From: Bacteroidota bacterium
GTDB taxonomy: Bacteria > Bacteroidota > Bacteroidia > J057
Length of the DNA stretch: 50,284 nucleotides
NCBI GenBank assembly: GCA_039815525.1
Contig: JBCBZF010000001.1
Location: forward strand, 1-50,284
Direction of reading: 5' to 3'
The position numbers and the translations under genes are program-made. How positions within the stretch are numbered: the first letter of the stretch is position 1; every line of letters starts with the position of its first letter. Under the pieces are notes generated by a model. The model saw nothing but the letters and a program-made list of their open reading frames with translations. It was not told where the DNA came from and did no database searches. This document shows, piece after piece, positions 39,664 to 45,414 of the stretch.

Positions 39664-40443
39664 TCATGAGCCGCTCTTTTTGAATGCGGTCTCATAGGTT
39701 GGTTTGCGATGTTTGCGAATGGACAGGGAAGGGAAAATCATCGGCACAGCCCGTTTGTAGGCGAGATAGGTTTTGCCAAAATGAGCGATCAGATCTTTTT
39801 CTTCCCACTGAATGCCGAGCAGAATGTAGAGCGTCATCAGCGAAGCGAAAAACAATCTGGTCCAACTCATGTCCGGTGCAGCCCAAAAGGCAATCAGAAA
39901 ACCAAGGTACAGCGGATGGCGGACGAACTTATACAGACCCGGCACCCGAAACTTCAAATCAGTATAGTCTTTTCCACGAAAGTATAGCCAGGCTTGACGC
40001 AGACCCGTCAGATCAAAATGATTGATCAGAAAAGTACTCAGAAGCAGAATGCCCCAACCGAGGAAGAACAGTACCATCAATCCATTGTACAGCATTGGAC
40101 TCTCAACCGTCCAGATGTTGCCACCCATGGGCTGCCAGAAAACAAAAATGGCGATCAAAGCCAGAGAAGAAAAAAGGACATAGGTCGACCTTTCTACTGC
40201 TTGGGGCACAAAACGGGTCCACCAGACCTTGAACCAGGGACGCGCCATGACGCTGTGTTGGACACCGAATAGCACAATCAGGCCAATATTGGTCAAAAGG
40301 GCCTGCCAAATCGGGACCATCAGTGGGCCATCAATGGCTTTGGGAACAAAGAGATTGCCGATGAAGCCAATCAGATACAAAAAGGTGGCAAAAAATACTG
40401 TATACGAGAGGATCGCATACAGCAAAGCAGCAAATCGTTTCAT
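39664..40443 (-). CDS. ICMT/PEMT-superfamily membrane methyltransferase, MddA (methanethiol S-methyltransferase)-like
   Basis: Polytopic protein with ..FGVQHSVMARPWFK..., ERSTYVLFSS, INHFDLTGLRQ and the C-terminal SAM-binding pattern GLYKFVRHPLYLGFLIAFW...EEKDLIAHFGKTYLAYKRAVPM. Start at M12 (MKRFAALLY, 40443) is preferred over 40476. Confidence 0.75.
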   Translation of the reverse strand: MKRFAALLYAILSYTVFFATFLYLIGFIGNLFVPKAIDGPLMVPIWQALLTNIGLIVLFGVQHSVMARPWFKVWWTRFVPQAVERSTYVLFSSLALIAIFVFWQPMGGNIWTVESPMLYNGLMVLFFLGWGILLLSTFLINHFDLTGLRQAWLYFRGKDYTDLKFRVPGLYKFVRHPLYLGFLIAFWAAPDMSWTRLFFASLMTLYILLGIQWEEKDLIAHFGKTYLAYKRAVPMIFPSLSIRKHRKPTYETAFKKSGS

Positions 40444-40654
40444 GATTCTTTTGGTTTTGTTGTAAATGGGCTGCACAACAGATCGCTGTCAGCTGGTTTG
40501 TTTGATGAGACAAGGATATGATATGATGTGCGAGTGCCACCGGCTAAATGAGTCCCTGGTAGACTAATTGTGTATTTGGCAGAAAGCAATGAGTGGCGGA
40601 AATACATTGCGTCCCGCTGGGTAACATCTCTGATGTAAGTCAGGAAGAGAATTG

Positions 40655-40689
40655 ACCAATCAATGTTTAAACATTGATTGGTGTTTTTT
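40655..40689 (+). terminator. Perfect 28-bp palindrome + G + T6 (intrinsic-terminator-like, + strand only) in the leader of the pirin gene
   Basis: ACCAATCAATGTTT|AAACATTGATTGGT (40655-40682) is a perfect inverted repeat, followed by G and TTTTTT (40684-40689). No T-tract follows it on the minus strand. The pirin ATG is at 40720. Confidence 0.55.
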
Positions 40690-40719
40690 CGTATAATTGA
40701 CTGAGACAAAAACAGTAAA

Positions 40720-41679
40720 ATGAAAAGGAGAGAATTTATCAAAGGCTCCGCCATCGTCGGCATGAGCATGGCCAGTCAAAATCTGGTCAATGCTTCCGGC
40801 ATGTATGACGCGCTTGCTGAACGCAAGATCTATCGCATCCTGAATGCTGATCGCACCACAGTGGGTACCCTGCCAATTTTGCGGGCATTTGCTGGTGATA
40901 AGCTGGATTATGTATCCCCTTACGTTCTATTCGATGAATTTGGTCCCGTCGATTTACAGGCTGGTCAGGATCCCTTGCGGGTAGATGCACATCCACATGC
41001 CGGTATCATTCCGACGACTTATTTCCTGGCTGGAAGCGGACATCATAAAGACAGCCTCAATTACGATTTTCAGATCAACAAAGGTGAATTTATGATGTTT
41101 CGTTCTGGTCGTGGTGCCATCCACATGGAGGAGACTGGTCAGAGCTTGTTTGATCAGGGTGGGTCCTACCATGGGTTTCAGATTTGGCTCAATATGCCTG
41201 GCAAGGACAAACTCAGTGATCCAGCCACGCTTTTATACAAAGACAAACAAATTGGCCTGATCGAAGGGGAAAAATATACCATCCGGGTGGTGTTGGGAGA
41301 ATTATTGGGAACCCGTTCGGCGGTTGAATTGCTCTCTCCTGCATTTTATTACCACATCACTCTCAAAGCGGATGCACGGCTGGATATTCCGACTGAAGCG
41401 AGCCATAATGTGTTTGCCTATGGGATCAGTGGAGAAGTCGAAGTAGAAGGGCAAAGAAAGCTAAAGGCCAATCAACTGGCGCTGTACCAGCGTGGTGAAA
41501 GCAAGGTCAATCTCTACAGTGAATGTGGAGCAGAGCTATTGGTCCTCGGCGGACAGCCACTCAATGAACCCGTATTCTCTTACGGTCCTTTTGTCATGAA
41601 CAACGAACAGCAAATCCGGCAGGCAATCAGAGACTATCAGTCTGGTAAAATGGGCAATCCAGAGATTGTCAATCAATAA
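40720..41679 (+). CDS. Pirin family protein with twin-arginine (Tat) signal peptide
   Basis: N-terminus MKRREFIKGSAIVGMSMASQNLVNA (RRxFxK + h-region + AxA-like site). Pirin cupin motif ..DAHPHAGIIPTTYFLAGSGHHKDSLN...GAIHME.., with the second cupin domain to residue 319. Confidence 0.9.
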   Translation: MKRREFIKGSAIVGMSMASQNLVNASGMYDALAERKIYRILNADRTTVGTLPILRAFAGDKLDYVSPYVLFDEFGPVDLQAGQDPLRVDAHPHAGIIPTTYFLAGSGHHKDSLNYDFQINKGEFMMFRSGRGAIHMEETGQSLFDQGGSYHGFQIWLNMPGKDKLSDPATLLYKDKQIGLIEGEKYTIRVVLGELLGTRSAVELLSPAFYYHITLKADARLDIPTEASHNVFAYGISGEVEVEGQRKLKANQLALYQRGESKVNLYSECGAELLVLGGQPLNEPVFSYGPFVMNNEQQIRQAIRDYQSGKMGNPEIVNQ

Positions 41680-41682
41680 AAA

Positions 41683-41715
41683 ATGTCGGGGCGTATGGCA
41701 CATACACCCCGACAT
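41683..41715. terminator. Hairpin between convergent genes (pirin / MAM-SprB protein)
   Basis: ATGTCGGGGCGTAT (41683-96) ggcac ATACACCCCGACAT (41702-15) forms a 14-bp stem with one mismatch. It is flanked by an A-run upstream and CATTT downstream. Confidence 0.55.
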
Positions 41716-41742
41716 CATTTCTCAAAAGTAGGTTGTCAAACC

Positions 41743-43923
41743 TTATCGCATCAAGGTAATACGGCGGCTGACTTTTTCCGTACCAGACCGCAATTCAATC
41801 AGGTATAAACCATTGCTCAGGCCCTGGTCCAGGTTGAGTTGCACTTCATTGATGCCCTCAAGCTGATCCTGGTGAATGAGCTTGCCCTGTGGATCAAAAA
41901 TCCGCAGGCTGATCACCTCACTCTGGTCAAACGCATGCAGGCCTTCGATGGTGAAGCTGCCGCTACTTGGATTCGGATACAGACGCACTTGCGCTTCCTG
42001 AGCAGGATCAATCGAGACCGGTGCGGAGGTTACATCGACTGATGCCATGACCACACAACCCGCTGAATCGGTTACGGTTACGGTATAGGTTCCTGCGCCC
42101 AGATTGAGTGCTTCGGCAGTGGTCTGAGCGGTCGAGTCATCCCAGGCATAGGTGTAGGGTGGCGTGCCCCCACTGACGACAACGATGGCAGAGCCATTGT
42201 CCAGACCACCAAAAGCCAGCGTAGAATCCACATCTGTTGAAGGCGGCATGGCAGCGGTTACCGCAATAGAATCTGTCGAGACACACCCATTGTTGTCAGT
42301 CAGAGTAACAAGATAGGTGCCGGAAGTAGCCAGCGGGAAGCTAATGGAACTGCTGCTGTCCGCAGGGACGCCAACGCCAAACCAGGCGTAGGTACCAGTA
42401 CCAGTCGCACTCAGCGTAATGCTATCGCCTTCACAGACCAAATCATCACTGGTACTTAGCTGCGTGAAAGCGGTAGTCGGACCAAAGTTCATCCTTAGCA
42501 TCATGGAAGAAGCCAGGTCTCCATTCGCGATGGTACCAATCTCCGTCCAGGTACTGGTGCCACTTCCAAAGAAGGTAGTATTGACAATATAGGTCTCTGA
42601 ATCGTATCCAAAGCCCAGGTTGTTGAGGTTGATCTGCTGAATAGCAATGAAATACTGTCCTGCATCCAATGATGTCTGGCAAGACCATGGCAAGGTAAAC
42701 CACCCGTCATCAGGGATTACCCAGATATCAGTAGAGTCGATTGCAGTAGAATCAGGAGAATTAGCGATATCATTGCCAAACTCATAGAGCCAGAACCGGA
42801 CACTGTCGCCTTCGGTTGTGGTTGGACGCAGTAAAATTGAAACGGAGGTGAGGACATCCGGGCTGGTCAGCTCGAACATATTCCCAAATACACCCGTGCC
42901 ACCGGTAAAGCCCAGTCCACCGCTGGAGACACTGTCGTCTCTGGCAAAAATGGAATCCGGGACCGCAAGGCTGACGCTGTTGTTGGTAGAAATGGTGTCT
43001 CCGGTTGCGACCACCGTAATGGTTCCTGTTTCTGCCATAGTGGGGCTGTATGGCATGCTGAAGCTACCAGAGGCGAATGCCAGAGACTCTGCCGTGTCAA
43101 TGGTGAAGGTATCGGTATACGCACCAAAGTTGGCCACTACATCTACATCAAACAGCGTTGACTGGCTGAAATTCTGGAAAGTTGCGTTGATGGTGTAAGC
43201 AGGGGCCTGAGAAACCGGCGCCTGGGTATAAGTAGCTGGCGTATTCAACTGTAGGCTGCTGCTAATGGCGACGGCATCAACGGACGGCAGGTCCACGATG
43301 CTGAAGTCATCAATCGCGATGTCGTGCACAAACTGCCCAAAATTGTTGGTGTTGCCCCGGAAACGAAGCTGCACAATGCCGGAAAAAGGCGTCAGATCAT
43401 ACGCAAACTGCGTCCAGTTGGGACCGATGTGCCCGATCGAGTCCAGTTCGATCCAGTTGCCCGAAAACAGAATTTCGATTTTCAGATCATTCAGATCATC
43501 GACACCTCCGCCAGCTCCTACGCCACCATTGGCTTCGTTGCTGTGCACCCAGACGATCATGTGTGGCGAAGCGAGGGAACTGATGTCGAAGATGGGCGTG
43601 TTCAAAATCACCGTATCCTGGTTGGCATTGCCGCCACTGTCTTCCATGTAAAGGTATACGCCAGATCCGGAAGTGTGATCTCCATTGGGACCGGTATTGG
43701 TAGAGGGTGTCGTACCGGTCCAGCCGTACCAGTCCTGGGTGCCGTCACCAGCCAGTTCATTTTCCCAGCCACCCATAAATGTGTCAGGGTTGGGTTCATC
43801 GCTAGCTGGGGTTGATACTGGGAAGGAATCAAAATTTTCGACATAGGGAAATGTCGAAATGGGTTGTGCAAATAGACTGAGCCCCAGTAAACTCAGGCAG
43901 AGAAAGGTAAGCACATGCTTCAT
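41743..43923 (-). CDS. Secreted MAM-domain / SprB-repeat protein with T9SS C-terminal sorting domain
   Basis: Signal peptide MKHVLTFLCLSLLGLSLFAQ. MAM-like N-terminus FPYVENFDSF...GGWENE..DWYGWTGTTPSTNTGPNGDHTSGSGVYLYMEDSG. SprB-type repeats (..GGTPPYTYAWDD...GTYTVTVTDSAGCV..). CTD VRLYPNPSSGSFTIEG...GLYLIELRSGTEKVSRRITLMR. Confidence 0.85.
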   Translation of the reverse strand: MKHVLTFLCLSLLGLSLFAQPISTFPYVENFDSFPVSTPASDEPNPDTFMGGWENELAGDGTQDWYGWTGTTPSTNTGPNGDHTSGSGVYLYMEDSGGNANQDTVILNTPIFDISSLASPHMIVWVHSNEANGGVGAGGGVDDLNDLKIEILFSGNWIELDSIGHIGPNWTQFAYDLTPFSGIVQLRFRGNTNNFGQFVHDIAIDDFSIVDLPSVDAVAISSSLQLNTPATYTQAPVSQAPAYTINATFQNFSQSTLFDVDVVANFGAYTDTFTIDTAESLAFASGSFSMPYSPTMAETGTITVVATGDTISTNNSVSLAVPDSIFARDDSVSSGGLGFTGGTGVFGNMFELTSPDVLTSVSILLRPTTTEGDSVRFWLYEFGNDIANSPDSTAIDSTDIWVIPDDGWFTLPWSCQTSLDAGQYFIAIQQINLNNLGFGYDSETYIVNTTFFGSGTSTWTEIGTIANGDLASSMMLRMNFGPTTAFTQLSTSDDLVCEGDSITLSATGTGTYAWFGVGVPADSSSSISFPLATSGTYLVTLTDNNGCVSTDSIAVTAAMPPSTDVDSTLAFGGLDNGSAIVVVSGGTPPYTYAWDDSTAQTTAEALNLGAGTYTVTVTDSAGCVVMASVDVTSAPVSIDPAQEAQVRLYPNPSSGSFTIEGLHAFDQSEVISLRIFDPQGKLIHQDQLEGINEVQLNLDQGLSNGLYLIELRSGTEKVSRRITLMR

Positions 43924-44000
43924 AATAGTGGTATTTAATTGGTTTAAGTATGCGTGTGTCGGTGCGATGGCGGGGGCTTGCCATGCACTCTTATCTTCCT

Positions 44001-44033
44001 AAAATATCGAAAGGAAAATCAATTTCCCCTTTC
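44001..44033 (-). terminator. Possible terminator of the nucleoside permease gene
   Basis: On the minus strand, GAAAGGGGAAA ttga TTTTCCTTTC forms a ~10-bp stem with one G-U pair, followed by GATATTTTAGG. It lies 27 nt after the stop at 44060. Confidence 0.4.
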
Positions 44034-44059
44034 AGCCAGAGGTTTTATTTCTTTTTCCG

Positions 44060-45271
44060 CTATACTGCCGTCTCTTTTTTCTCCCGAAAAGCAAAGGCAA
44101 AGAAGAGCAAAACGGCACCTGCCAATGCTGCCGGAACCAACCATCCACCCGTCCAGTCATGACCAATCACGTTGTTCGCAGCGTCAAGGTTGGCATAGTG
44201 CTCAATAACGGCCCCTGAAACATAGGATCCGGTAAATAGGCCAAGGCCGTAGGTGGCAAAGGTAATCAAACCCTGCGCTGAGCTTTTGAGTTCCTCAGGG
44301 GCTTCATTGTCCACGAAAATTTGTCCGGTTACAAAGAAGAAATCATAGCAGATGCCATGCAGAATGATGCCAGCATACAGCATCCAGAGATTCCCTTCTA
44401 TATCGCCAAATGCAAACAAGACATACCGTAATGCCCAGGCCAGCACGCCAACCATGATCATTTTTTTGACCCCCAGCCGCACAAATAATAAGGGCATGAT
44501 CAAGAGAAACAAGACTTCTGACACTTGTCCCAGCGTCATGCGGGCGGCGGCATTCTCCATGCCGATTTCATTGAGGAAGAGATTGGTGAAGTTATAGTAA
44601 AAGGCCAGGGGAATACAGACCAAAACCGAAGAGATAATCAGAATGGCAAACGCGGGCCGTTTCATCAATGCCAGTGCATCCAGACCGAGAATTTCCCGGG
44701 CGCTGACCTTCTGGCCTTTTGCTTTGGGTGGTGTTGGTGGAAGGAGAAAGCTGTACAAACCCATCAAAACTGAGGCACCGGCAGCAATCTGTAATGGTAA
44801 AACGGTCGCATCCGCACTCAGGCTTCCGATGATCACTCCGATGGCAATCCATCCCAGTGTCCCCCACACCCGGATGTAGGGAAAACTTTTTTCCGGATTG
44901 TCCATTTGATTGAATGCAATGGAGTTGGTGATGGCGATCGAAGGCATAAAGCACAGATTGTATAGCAGGATAAAAAAGTAGAAACTGCCAAAATCGGTAC
45001 TTTGGGTGGCCATGAACATCACAATTGCACCCAGTAAATGCAGGATGCCAAGGATGCGTTCTGCATTGAAGAAGCGGTCGGCGATCATGCCGACAAAGAA
45101 TGGCGAAACCATGGCTGCAATGGCATTGGTGGCGTAAACCGAGCCAATCTGCAAATCACTGAAGCCAAGTGCTTCTCCCATGAATGTACCGATGGTAACG
45201 TACCAGGCACCCCAGACAAAGTAGTTGAGAAGCATCATTGCCGATAGCTTCACGTATGTAGCCGTTTTCAT
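44060..45271 (-). CDS. MFS nucleoside:H+ symporter (NupG/XapB family)
   Basis: 403 aa with 12 predicted TM segments. N-terminus MKTATYVKLSAMMLLNYFVWGAWYVTIGTFM and ..GMIADRFFNAERILG.. are typical of the Nuc_H_symport family. Confidence 0.88.
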   Translation of the reverse strand: MKTATYVKLSAMMLLNYFVWGAWYVTIGTFMGEALGFSDLQIGSVYATNAIAAMVSPFFVGMIADRFFNAERILGILHLLGAIVMFMATQSTDFGSFYFFILLYNLCFMPSIAITNSIAFNQMDNPEKSFPYIRVWGTLGWIAIGVIIGSLSADATVLPLQIAAGASVLMGLYSFLLPPTPPKAKGQKVSAREILGLDALALMKRPAFAILIISSVLVCIPLAFYYNFTNLFLNEIGMENAAARMTLGQVSEVLFLLIMPLLFVRLGVKKMIMVGVLAWALRYVLFAFGDIEGNLWMLYAGIILHGICYDFFFVTGQIFVDNEAPEELKSSAQGLITFATYGLGLFTGSYVSGAVIEHYANLDAANNVIGHDWTGGWLVPAALAGAVLLFFAFAFREKKETAV

Positions 45272-45414
45272 TGTTCAAATATTGAAGAATCCCATTGAAG
45301 TAAAGAAAAAAAATGAGGGGAAGCGTCCTTCTGTCCGGAAAAATCGACTGATTCGGAATTTCACAGTTTCCAAAGCGTCGATTTTTTGGCTATTTTTCCT
45401 TATCACTGCTAGTT

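Noticed and set aside
40505-40567. 20-codon ORF (MRQGYDMMCECHRLNESLVD) in the pirin leader, considered as a leader peptide for attenuation
   Set aside because: It has no run of regulatory codons and no obvious coupling to the downstream hairpin, which lies about 90 nt away. It cannot be supported from sequence alone.
26613-40701. Recurrence of the heptamer AATTGAC at 26613, 40650 and 40695, plus its complement at 26601, in two regulatory regions
   Set aside because: There are only three or four occurrences of a 7-mer in AT-rich intergenic DNA. That is too short and too few to call a shared regulator site without genome-wide statistics.
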